This document shows, piece by piece, positions 22,500-34,102 of a DNA stretch of 64,000 nt (position 1 is its first letter; each line of letters begins with the position of its first letter). The notes below the pieces were generated by a model that had not been told where the DNA came from, did no database searches, and saw only the letters and a program-made list of their open reading frames with translations. This DNA is from Lytechinus pictus (taxonomy: Eukaryota), in the NCBI RefSeq assembly GCF_037042905.1, contig NC_087248.1:30504001-30568000 (forward strand), in the 5' to 3' direction. The position numbers and the translations under genes were made by a program.

Positions 22500-24104
22500 T
22501 AGGCCTATGCGAGTATAGAATAAACATTAGGCCCATGCGCGCGAGTATCCAACATTTTCTTTTGATGTCTTATTCTTTCAGCTGCAGTGAAAAATAACTG
22601 TAATAGATTTTCATTAATAATTTTCTTCTCATGCAAGACTTAGTCGGACCCCATCACCCGCTGGGCCCATCAAAAAGTTGATTATAAAGGGTACGCGAAC
22701 GAATGAAGAGTCTAATTGTTTTACAAAACGCGAACGAATGAAGAGTCAGCCCCCTTTTTTCCAAATCCGTGTACAAAAACATAAAAATGACCATATCATT
22801 GTGATTTTTTGCATGGTAAGCCCCCCCCCCCCCCCCACTTTGAAAACCGTTCCGCGGCCCCTGCAAAGGCCTATAAGTGTTTCTTTTTTTTTCTTCAGAA
22901 AATGAATTATTTCAGCTAGCTGTGACTTTTATAAAAAGTGCATGCACCCTCTTATTCAAGCAGCCCCCCATGCATTTCGGGAAAATTGTCAATAGATTTG
23001 TTCAGGAAATTAGCCCCTTTTTAATGAAAATCATGCATAAATTTTCTTTGTAAAGTTGCCATTTGTATACCCCTCCCCACCAATATCCTTATACTTATTT
23101 TATCAATTCATTTTTTTTACAATGTGTATTTTTCCCCTTTCAACCTATTTTTTTTATTTGTTCAACTCCCAGCATATCAATATCTACGCATTAAACAGGG
23201 GCCCCTCTAGGTCATGATAAGTTCTCGATTAATTGAAATCTCATTTAAATAATGAAAGTGCCCTTTTCGTTTTTATTATTATTATTATTATTATTTCTGT
23301 TTTCGCTAGGTCTATAGCTTTAAATTCTCTTTTAAAAACACTAATATAAAAGCCGTGAGAGACTTGTGATATATTCTCACCCAAATCTGAACAATTCTAG
23401 CACTTTGTGTAACTATGAACAGGACGGGTATTGATGCCAGCGCGAAGCGCGAGCTAAATTTGTAAATATATTTTCTGACCTAGAATGTGGACATTCTAAG
23501 CATTTTTGGTAATCGCGAATAGGATGAGCATCAAATTAAACATTTGATACGAGCTAGATTTTTGTTGTTGATATTTTTACCTAAACTTATTTGGTCATTG
23601 CACTGTTTAATTGCATGAACACGATGAGTATTTATAGCCAAAGAACTTATTCGATATTGCAAATACAAAATGGGAGCTGAAAATGTTAGATAAACTGACC
23701 TAAAAAGAAGATTTTCCAAGGACTGTTTGATGGAATTCATAAAAAGGATATACATATACCCCATTATATGAGCACGTATAGCGCGAGCTGATTTTTTTTA
23801 CATATAAAGTCCTACAACACTTTTTTGTAACCATGAACAGGATGTATCTCTCGCTCAAAACACAGTTTAACGAAAACTCGAATTCTAGGCAAAATAATTT
23901 GTGCATATTGACTTTAAAACGGGATAAGCCCCATGTTCTTGAAAAAAATTATTATCTCCTCAACCCGCCAATACTCGCGCGATTCAGCGTGAGCATATAA
24001 ACAAAAATGTATACAATGATCTGAAAATTTGGCTTTTTTTCATTTTTTCACCTTTCTTTATTTAAATTTCATTCATTTTTTAAAGTGATGTCTCTCCTTC
24101 TTTT

Positions 24105-24132
24105 TTCCCTCTCTTCTTCTTCTTCATCTTCT

Positions 24133-24163
<31 letters not shown>

Positions 24164-24220
24164 TTTCTTCTTCTCCTATTCCTGTTCCTCCTTCGTCTTC
24201 TTCTTATTCTTCTTATTCTT
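24105..24220. repeat. (TTC)n microsatellite
   Basis: Degenerate TTC/CTT run. Confidence 0.85.
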
Positions 24221-24637
24221 ACAGTTTGCGCCGCCAATGGGAGGGGGCGTAGCCACCTTGGGCCCCAACCTGAATCCGCCTATGTTTTCCGTTTTGTCAA
24301 TATGACAATACTGTTCTTCCATTATAATGGGTGAAAAGTATACGGATAATGTTATCATTTTTTATACGACATCGATTAGTTTTTTTAAAAGTATATATTA
24401 TTTAAAGCTTGTTTGATTTCACCTTTTTTTGCCGGGGTGGGGGGGGGGGTACTCTTCAGAATATTAGAATATGTCTTAAATTTCTGAGACAAAACATAAC
24501 TTCAATTTCTGAGGCATCTAATCTTAAACCAATAAAGAGCTCATTTCTAATGACACTATATACAGAGACCTTGTGTCATGGTGGTCAATGCATTGACTTA
24601 TATATGTATGCAGTGCAGTATGTATAGAACATTGGAT

Positions 24638-24728
24638 ATCATCATCATCACCATCACCAACATCATCATCATCACCATCATCATCATGATCATCATGATC
24701 ATCACCACCATCATCACCATCATCATCA
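24638..24728. repeat. (ATC)n microsatellite, resuming at about 28084-28210 after the LINE
   Basis: ATC/ACC triplet runs lie on both sides of the LINE insertion. Confidence 0.85.
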
Positions 24729-25760
24729 CATTATGGTATACGTGGGAAGGCTTTGGAGTGGTTCAGGAGTTATCTTTCCAATAGAAAACAATATATTTTT
24801 CTGAATGGCTGTTCCTCTGAATTGCGGGATATTACTTGTGGTGTCCCTCAAGGGAGTTTGTTAGGCCCTCTATTGTTTATTATATATATCAACGATTTTT
24901 ATAGATCATCAGATATGGCATCTTTTATATTATTTGCTGACGATACAAACTTGTTTTTCTCTCATTCAAATCCAAACACCCTTGTTGAAATTATGAATAC
25001 TGAACTAAAAAACATTACTCAGTGGATTCGAGCAAATAGATTATCTCTAAATTTAGAAAAGACCAAATATATCCTTTTTAGTAATTCAATTGATGCCTTA
25101 CCAGCTGATATAGTTTTTGATGACACTCCCTTAGAAAAGGTATTATATTCTAAGTTTCTTGGTGTAATAATTGACAATAAGCTTTCATGGAAGATTCATA
25201 TCGATAATATTTCTAAAAAGATTTCACGCAACATAGGTATACTAAATAGACTAAAGATCCAACTTCCACCTTCTGCCTTACTAACATTATATTTTTCTCT
25301 AACATTACCGTATTTGAATTACGGCTTACTTGCTTGGGGCAACGCTCACCAAACTATCTTAGACAAACTTTTATTGTTGCAAAAAAGAGCGGTTAGAATT
25401 ATTAATCAAGTAGATTTTCGTGCTCATACTGATCCATTTTTCTATGATAGTAGTATTCTGAAAGTAAAAGATTTATATCTGCTTCAATTAGGTCAATTTA
25501 TGTTTAAGTATACTAACGATTTGTTGCCAAATTCTTTCGATAATATGTTTTTAAGAAATCGCGCAATTCATTATTACCCAACGAGACGATCAGAAGAGTT
25601 TCATTTGCCTTTGCTTAGAACTCTCTTCGCTAAAAATACGTTTATATATGAAGGTCCAAACCTCTGGAATTCTTTTTCTGATTACTTAAAAAATTCTCCT
25701 TCTTTATATGTATTTTAAAAAAGATTGAAATTATCGTTATTCTTAAAATACAAAGATTAA
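24729..25760 (+). pseudogene. LINE reverse transcriptase, C-terminal fragment
   Basis: HYGIRGKALEWFRSYLSNRKQ, GVPQGSLLGPLLF, FADDT, KFLGVIID, LQKRAVRII. An in-frame stop at 25716-25718 precedes the natural end. Confidence 0.9.
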
Positions 25761-26006
25761 GTTATTGTTCCTGCTACGCGCGCACCCATACATTATCTGT
25801 CCTGATCATCTGAATGATTTTGCATTATCACTCTTGCTTTCTTTTATTATTTATTCCATACGCGCAGTGTTACCTTATTTAAATATTTAAATTTTAAAAT
25901 GTTTTATCTGATGCTATGACAATTTTGTTTCGACAGTAATTCTTCAGGGTATGAAATATTTAATTTTCGTTTAAGTTTTGTGCTATAATTTTTTGTTCTT
26001 GTTATA

Positions 26007-27668
26007 CACTGTTGGTCATAAAGGTGGAATATTTTTTTTCACCAAATTTTCTCAGCGTAATTATTACAACATGATTTGAATATGGCATTTATGGTGCATG
26101 ATAACCACTTTACTTTATAATTCTGCCTTTTACACACGTTTGACAGTGATATTTTACAAGTTTATGTCCTAAGCGATGGATGTCATGAGCATAGAACAAC
26201 ACTGACGACAATATACAGTAAGTTAAAGGATCATGATATATTTATTTTCAATCTCTCTCAGTTTTCCAGATGACTCTTTTTGTGATTTCATGTACAAATT
26301 TGCATCAAACTTGAGTCATTGTTCTTACTCAGTCACTAGTATCGGGTATATGTCCACCCCTGGCACGAACCAGCGCATGCAGACGTCGTTACATGCTGTC
26401 CACTAGCTTGTTGATGACGTCAACAGGCATAGCGTCCCATTCTTCCCTCAGAGCATCTGCCAACTCCTGCAGATTTTGAGGAATGACCTCTATGTCGTTG
26501 ATGGCTCGGCCTAGGGCATCCCATGCATGCTCTATGGGGTTCATATCCGGCGAACAAGCTGGCCATGGCAACTGTACGACGCCCTCTGCCTCCAGGAATT
26601 CCTTTACTGCAGCGGCCCTTTGCGGTCTAGCGTTGTCATCCTGCAGTCGGAAATTGTGCCCATACACTCGTCTTGCATATGGAAGACAGTGGAACTCCAA
26701 GATATCCCTGTAGGCGGCGGCGTTGACGTTTCCGTCCGGAACCACAATTGGCGTTTTCCCTCCATAATGGATGCCGGCCCATATCATCACTGAGCCGCCT
26801 CCGACTTGAGTCGTCTCGTGGATACATTCATCACAAAGGTTTTCCCCGGCTAATCGACGAACTCGTTGTCTCCCATCCTTTCGGTCAAGGATGAACCGGC
26901 TCTCGTCCGTGAAGACCACATGTTGCCAATGTCCTGGATGAAGCCTTCTGTGCTCCCTAGCCCAAAGAAGACGAGCTACTCTGAGGTGAACAGACAGGCG
27001 TGGACATTTGGTCAACCGTCGTGCTCGGTAACCATGTTGGAGCGATCTGCGATTAACGGTTGACCGGGAAACGTTGATCCCATGATATCTCCTCCACAAG
27101 CGACGGAGACGGCTCTTGGGCAATATCCGGTTTCTGCGGCTGAAATTCAACAGTTGGCGATCATCTCTTCTTGTGGTCAATCTGGGACGTCCTGGAGATT
27201 TCCGTGGCCGCACATTCCTCGCCTCACGTTGACGGTTCAGGATCTTAGAGACTGCACTCTGTGATATCCCTAGGACTTCTGCGGTATCAGTCTGCTTGTA
27301 GCCCTCCTGTCGCAGTGCTACCACTCTCTCGCGTGTTGCTGTTGCCGTTGGACCAGGCATAGTCCAGGGAACGTCTCTACCGATTTTTATTTCAAACGGT
27401 ACAAGGAACTCGAAAAAATGCAACCTTCTTATACACAGTGCTAAATCAGGGAAAGGGACAGAATATCATATGCATAGGCTTTTATAGTCTACAACAAAAT
27501 AATTTATTACGTAATCCAAATTTCTCATGTTATAATGTCACCTGTGTAATGGGGAAACATTATGTAATCACTCAATTACCATTTTGTCTACGCGTAGCCT
27601 TTCAAATACCAACAAAACTGTCGATTTTTATTCAAAAATATTTTATTCCACCTTTATGACCAACAGTG
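26007..27668 (-). mobile_element. Full-length Tc1 (DD34E) transposon
   Basis: 25-bp TIRs CACTGTTGGTCATAAAGGTGGAATA, TA TSD, 1662 bp, one transposase gene. Confidence 0.95.
26336..27360 (-). pseudogene. Tc1 transposase with C-terminal lesions
   Basis: HTH region, GRPR, VVFTDES, QDDNA, SPDMNPIEHAW, with 34 residues between the second D and E. A premature TAA at 26389-26391 and a 2-bp insertion disrupt the RRLHALVRARGGHTRY tail. Confidence 0.9.
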
Positions 27669-29052
27669 TATGTTTGTGTTTTGTAATTTTGTCTGTCCTA
27701 TATTCTATTTTACATGTCCGTCTTCGCAGGATTATCGTTACTATAGCATAATAATTGCTATTATAAATATTGTCACCGTTATCATTATTTTTTTTTCTCT
27801 TTTCTTACAAAATCAAGTATTTTCCAACCAACAAATTTTTTTAATTTTTTTTTTGTTAATGTTGTATAAATAAAAAATGTTATTTCACTGGGTCCTAAGC
27901 AATACAAGCTTTGCTTTTAATTTAGGTTCCCCCACTTTTGTTATCTTTTTTTTGACAAATTATTGTTAATTTTTCGATTTTGTGTAACTATTTCTTGATT
28001 GATATGTATTATTGTCATATATGATTTGTTATTGTAAACGAAAGTGGAAAAATAAATTCAAATCAAATCAAATCAAATCAAAAATCATCACCATCATCAT
28101 AATAATCATCCCACTACGCACCATCCCATCATCATCATCGTCGTCGTCATCAACATCACCTTTATTATCATTATTGCCATCGTCGTCTTCGTGACCATCG
28201 TCATCGTTATTGCTTTTTGCTGCCATCGAATACATACGAAAACAGCAATGATGTGAAACTTTTACTTTTTTTTTTATTCTACTTGAAATTTAATTTAGAT
28301 CTGGTTACCTAAGAAAAGATAATATTTCCCATTTTCTTTCACAAAGCCACTTCAATCATGGAATGATATACAGATTACAAAATTTGACCTTTGTAGCTAG
28401 TAGCTTTTTTCTATCCAATTCAGTGAATGTGCTTAATTGACCATTTAAAAAATATAATTAATTCATTCATTATCATACGAAATTGTAACCTCCGGACTTT
28501 TTGTTTAGTTTAGTTTAGTTTGGATAGATTAGATATGAAAAAAATGTCTACCCATTGAATCTAAATTTGAATTTTGACGAAAAATAACGGTTGAACAAAA
28601 AAGATCATTCACTAGCCATGTTTGAAAGATTATAGAATAGAATGTTATGATACTCGAGTATTGTAAATCGTTAGATTGGCTTTGATCAAGTGTTTGCCAC
28701 AAGATGGCGCTACACAGAAATCGTCACGAATGAGATGACTTCTCCGCTGCATAAATCAAGATTCCCAATTCACAGGTGTCAACGGAGATGCATTGCGTTG
28801 CTCCGCTAGTCCAGTAGGGAGATTGTCCTCTCTCACAACCGTATACATCCGCCATCACCCTCTCTCCATTTATCTTTCTCTCTCCCCTCTCATTCTCCTT
28901 CTCTCCCTCGATCTCTTTCTCCTCGCTGAGGCTGCGGCAGATGCTAATGTACAGAGCCACACCTTACGACGACGACATCGCACTTGTTATCGAGACTGCA
29001 GCTGACATCGACCATCCTTCAGTCCTTTACAAGCATCCAGAATCATCCAACC

Positions 29053-29055
29053 ATG
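29053..29055 (+). CDS. TUBA: Alpha-tubulin A, exon 1 (ATG only)
   Basis: CCAACC-ATG|GTAAGG downstream of a CpG-rich leader. An intron directly after the start codon is typical of animal alpha-tubulins. Confidence 0.75.
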
Positions 29056-29708
29056 GTAAGGAATATTATTAAGATGTGAAGATTGTAAGATTGTAAATGC
29101 TTACCGGGGATGTTTATTAATCGGTCGTGATTGCGCGCCCTTTTTATAGTGGCGCGATCGCCTTTGCTCAGAATGGAATGACCTCTACTGTATAATCACA
29201 ATGAAATTACTTATCCAATTTCTATGTGATGCAGAAACTTGGAACTTTGGTTTTTTTTAGATCATTTTTATTTCGATCGTTTCTGCTTTATCATGTATTT
29301 TTGTATCATCATTCATGAATACTATATTCCGAATCTATTTTGACAAAATATCCAAATGTCTTGTGCCTTTGAAGATAGAGGTTTTTACTCATGAACTGCA
29401 TTGTATACATGACCAAGCAATATAAGGATAATAGTGGTAAAATAGCACATTAAGGAGAATGTTCCTCTGAAAAAATTGAATTCGACACAAGCACTGCAAA
29501 ATTAATGTTAAAGGAACATATTAATGAGGTTTTAACAAAAACCATCCAAGAATTTAAAAAAACATTATAAATCGAATGTTTGACCATTTTATTTTGTGAC
29601 GTCACTTGTGAGCAGATTTGTCATTATGTTTTAAAATCCACAATAATTGTTTATGGTTTGTGATCATATTTATAAGGATGACTTTTTTTATTAAAAAGCC
29701 ATGTGGGC

Positions 29709-31107
29709 TGTTACGGCACATTTTGGTAAATTGCAAATTTTGGTAACTGCACATTTTGGTAAAGAAACTTGTTACCAAAATGTACCAATAGTGCACCTAT
29801 GCCTGACACTGATTTTTGTTACCAAAACGTGCAGTTATAACGTGATGTGCCTGCACATTTTGGTAACAACTTAAAAAGATGCAGATTTGACGGTTATCAT
29901 GGAGTAAAGATTACTCATTATGGTATTGGGTTAGAGACTAAGTCAGAAGTAGTATTGGTCTGTATGTATGTGGGTGATTTGCCTCTACGTCCAATGCCAT
30001 TTCGTCCATTTTCCATGTCATCTAATGCTGTTTGGTCCAATATCATTTCGTTCAATAGTCATTTTGTCCAATAGCCAGTTACAAGTAGACAAAGAGCCAC
30101 TTCGTCCAAAAGCCACTTCGTCTAAGAGCAATTTCGTCCAATAGCCACTTCCTCTAACATGTCTAAGAGCCATTTCGTCTAAATGCCACTTTATATAATA
30201 GGCACTTCTTCCTATAGGCATTTCATCCATTAGCCAGTTCGTCTAACTTCATTGCCAGTTGGTCCAATCGCCAGTATGGACCAAATGGGTATTGGACTAA
30301 ATGTCAGTTAGATCAAGCGGGTATTGGACCAACAGTCTATTGAACCAAGTGGATGTTGGACCAAATGACATTACACCAAATGGCTATTGGACGAAGTGGC
30401 TTTCGGCCAAACTGGTTGTTGGATGAAATGGCTATTGGGCAAAATGTTTATTGAACGAAGTGGCATTTAGATGAAATAGCTCTTCGGCGAAGTGGCTTTT
30501 GGAGGAAGTGACTCTAAGGCGAAGTGGCTATTGGACGAAATGGGTCTTAGACTAAGAGGCTATTGGACGAAACAGCTATCAGACCAACTGGCAATTGGAT
30601 AAAGACTAGTGTTTATTGAACGAAGTGGCATTTAGATGTCTTAGACGATGTTGCTATTGGATGAAATGACCCTTACTCTCTTAGACGAATAGGCTATTAG
30701 ACGAAATGGCAATTGAACGAAAAGTTATTGGACTAAGCAGCATTAGACGAAATTGTCATCGGACGAAATGGCATTGGACGTAGTGGCTACTAGACCATTT
30801 ATATCTTAGACCAACTCGAGATTAGACAAAATTCATGGTAGACCAAATGGGTTTAGCCGATGCGGTTTTAGAAAAAAAGAGACCAACTGACATGCCCTCC
30901 TTGCGCAGTTACATGCAGGGTATTTTGTATTTTTTATGCAATGAATGAGTACAGACATCTTAGCGAATAATCCCAGAAGTTACAAAAAATGTGCTGTCAA
31001 TGTCCTGCACATTTTGGTAAATTTACCAAAATGTGTCGTATCTAAGTTACGTCGGCACATTTTGGTAATTTACCAAAATATGCAATTTACACAAATGTGC
31101 CGTAACA
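29709..31107. mobile_element. Ginger-like non-autonomous DNA transposon
   Basis: TGT...ACA termini, TIR TGTTACGGCACATTT, 5-bp TSD TGGGC (29704-29708, 31108-31112), and repeated GCACATTTTGGTAA motifs. Confidence 0.75.
29972..30897. repeat. Array of about 21-bp subrepeats in two opposed halves (probable nested MITE)
   Basis: CCA(C/T)TTCGTC(C/T)AA units run to about 30270, then their reverse complements TT(A/G)GACGAA(A/G)TGG follow. Confidence 0.75.
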
Positions 31108-32304
31108 TGGGCCTATCTGATGATAATATAGTTCATTTCTAGGAAATTAAATTGTGTGAAATTCATACTCATGGGCTATGGGTAAAATGGAGTAAACTCT
31201 CATTATTTTGCATGGCAACAATTCAGCTTCCAGAATAGTTTATAACTTTTTTATCCTTGGTGTTTTGACCGAATATTCATCAATATGTTTCTTCTATTTT
31301 TTTTTCTACTTGCGACTACCTAAATTGTCGTTGCGGTGAACTTCACCTACCGACTTTCACCAATGAATTATAATTGATGATCTCCATCTTGAATCATTGT
31401 TTTTGATTATAGCACTTGGGGTGATATACTGAGAAAACTCAGTGTGGAAAATGACGGAGATTTTCTAATTTATGTTTTCACATTAGAAACCAATCCAAAG
31501 TCAGATTAGAAATCTCATTCTGTTATATATCTCGAAGTCAAACTTTTCCTCAATCTATAAAGTAAATACGATATCAAACATCGTCATGTACAAGGCTAGC
31601 TAGAATACTATGAACACATTCTTGTTTATCAAGTTTATTAAGAGTTTGAACATCATGATCATAGTCCAAACAAATAAATGTTTCAGAAATTTAAACAAGA
31701 ATTTAAATTTTTTAAACAATACCTTTTGACATTGCTGCTCGATTTATGACATTTAAATAACACCTGATCAGTTCAAATAGTGAAACAGTTTTAACAAAGC
31801 GATCTTACTTTATATATTTGAAGTGATCATCAACCATAATCTTGTAAATTGATTTTCCAGCTAGAAAATAAAATTGATCCCGGGTTTACTTGAAAGCCTT
31901 TATACATTTGTAATATTTTGTTGAAAGTTTGGTGATCAGCAAAACATAAACACCAGACGGGTACGTACTGTAGATGAGCCTCGGGGCACATAGCGAAGAA
32001 AGTGTATCAAAAATTAAGATGTAACAGAAGAAAGGTAACCAAATACAGTTTTCAATTCTATATTTGAAAATAAAATAGGGAAAGGCATATATGGGCATGA
32101 TGGCGGTATGCAAAGAATCTCAAACATTTAGTCAGTGACGTATTTAGCCAAAAGTTTTGAGGGTTTCGAACATGGCGTATGTGGCAAAATTGAAAACAAA
32201 ATCAATAGTGAACAAAATTTCTGACAGTTTTAAAACGAAAATCTAATGTTGTAATAGATTTTGACGTGACATTTAGCAAATTATGTACTTTACCTTTTTC
32301 CGTT

Positions 32305-32475
32305 NNNNNNNNNNNNNNNNNNNNNNNNNNNNNNNNNNNNNNNNNNNNNNNNNNNNNNNNNNNNNNNNNNNNNNNNNNNNNNNNNNNNNNNNNNNNNNNN
32401 NNNNNNNNNNNNNNNNNNNNNNNNNNNNNNNNNNNNNNNNNNNNNNNNNNNNNNNNNNNNNNNNNNNNNNNNNNN
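32305..32475. other. Assembly gap
   Basis: Run of N. Confidence 1.
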
Positions 32476-33214
32476 CGTGCCCTATGCCCCCCCTCCCTCC
32501 CCCATACGCCAGCGATGATAATGAAATTCATATACAGTCTAGCCGAGTAGGTAAACACAACTAATGGAACCAAGAAGACATTGCATGGCGCTGGAATAAG
32601 TCACCTTCCACATCCTCAATCATCCATCCCAGATTATTTTTAGCATGAGTCCAGAGCTTAATTTTCGTACTACACATGCATGGAAAGAGCTTCCCCCGAT
32701 CAAATATTTGAATTGATTTATTCTTTTAAAGTTTTATTTTTTTAATTATGGCACATGCAATGAAAATAAAATTTACATGCAGTGAATGAAAATGAAAGAA
32801 GATATTGGAAAATACAAAAAAATACGGATTTTATCCTACCTGTGTACCTTCGCAATCTTGTGTTTTTAAAGTAAAATTGAAGTATTTCAGATGAAAGGAA
32901 AAGGAAACGATCGACATTGAGTTGGAGAACAAATTTTATACATTTTTTCAAGAAAGTTGGCATTCACCGCGTTGACGACCACTTCACCCCTCGATTTCAT
33001 TGCTTGCATCTAATTATTGAGCAGTCCGTGACTCATTCATAATCAACTCCCCTAGACATTATCTGTTGAATAATTTCCGAGCAATCTATCTCACTGGAAT
33101 ATTAACATTCGGTTATCATGAGAGGGTGATATTTAAAAAAAGGGGGAAAAAATTCGAAATTGTCTCTAAGATTTTGTTATCATTACAATTATTATTATTA
33201 TTATTATTATTATT

Positions 33215-34102
33215 CCTCTAAACAGGATCAAGTCCGTATTTTTTTCTTGAATAACTTTGCTCTAACAAAAAGCACCAAGTAATTTCAAGTGCAACTAGGA
33301 ACTTTACACTTCTAATGTCCGAGAGTCTTTCTTATCAATCTGGTTGTACCCAAGATAGCTGCCTTCTGAATGTCGTACATCCGAAGGTGAGGAGAGATCT
33401 TGTTTATGCAGGCTTCCATTCCCTTCTTCACCATTCCTGAGTGACCAATGATGACTGGTGTGACCTCTGCTTTCACGTTCCACATCCTCTCGATCTCAAT
33501 CCTTAGGTCTTGATACTTGAGCCGTTTGTCTCTTTCCTTTACAGCAATGTTGATATCGTGGGGAACAGAGACCTCAATGATATTTACTACGTTGTTGTCT
33601 CTGACGATGATGTCCGGCTTGTTGCAGTTGATGGTTCTATCCGTTAGTATGCCACAGTTCCAATATATGGTGCTGTTATTGATCGTGGTGATCGTTTGTG
33701 GCTGATGTTCCCAAGCGTGATCACAAGTCATTTTACCGCGATCCTTCAGTAGTTGCCAATGGATAAGTTTGGCAATATTGTCATGTCTTGTGATGTACTC
33801 AGTTCCAGCAAGAGTCGAACATGCTGATACCAAATGCATGATTGTTTCGGTCTCTTTTCCACACATCCTGCAAGTGTCGTCTGTGTCTCTTCTGAGGATA
33901 GATTTTTCGTAGGCACGGGTCCTCACCACCTGGTCCTGAATAGCATAGACGAACCCTTCAGTTTCACCTCTTAGTCCCGCCGACTTAAGCCATTGATGGG
34001 TGTCTTTCTGGTCTACGAACTCCCGATGCGTCTGTTTTTCATGGTGGCCATGAAGTCGCTTGGTCGCTCTTGAAGTTTCTTGTGAAAGGAGCATTTAAGT
34101 CT
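33215..34102 (-). mobile_element. 3' fragment of an R4/Dong-type non-LTR retrotransposon (restriction-like endonuclease; ORF 33312-34094)
   Basis: CCHC knuckle CRMCGKETETIMHLVSAC, then RHD, KPDIIV, IIEVS and KRLKY. Flanked on both sides by (TAA)n, the known Dong target. Confidence 0.9.

Larger units (their letters stand above)
24729..28083 (+). mobile_element. 5'-truncated L2/CR1-group LINE with 3' UTR and (AAATC)n tail
   Basis: RT C-terminal ORF followed by a T-rich 3' UTR that is split by a Tc1 element. It ends AATAAATTCAAATCAAATCAAATCAAATC. Confidence 0.85.

Noticed and set aside
32202-32573. ORFs spanning X runs
   Set aside because: Artefacts of the N gap.
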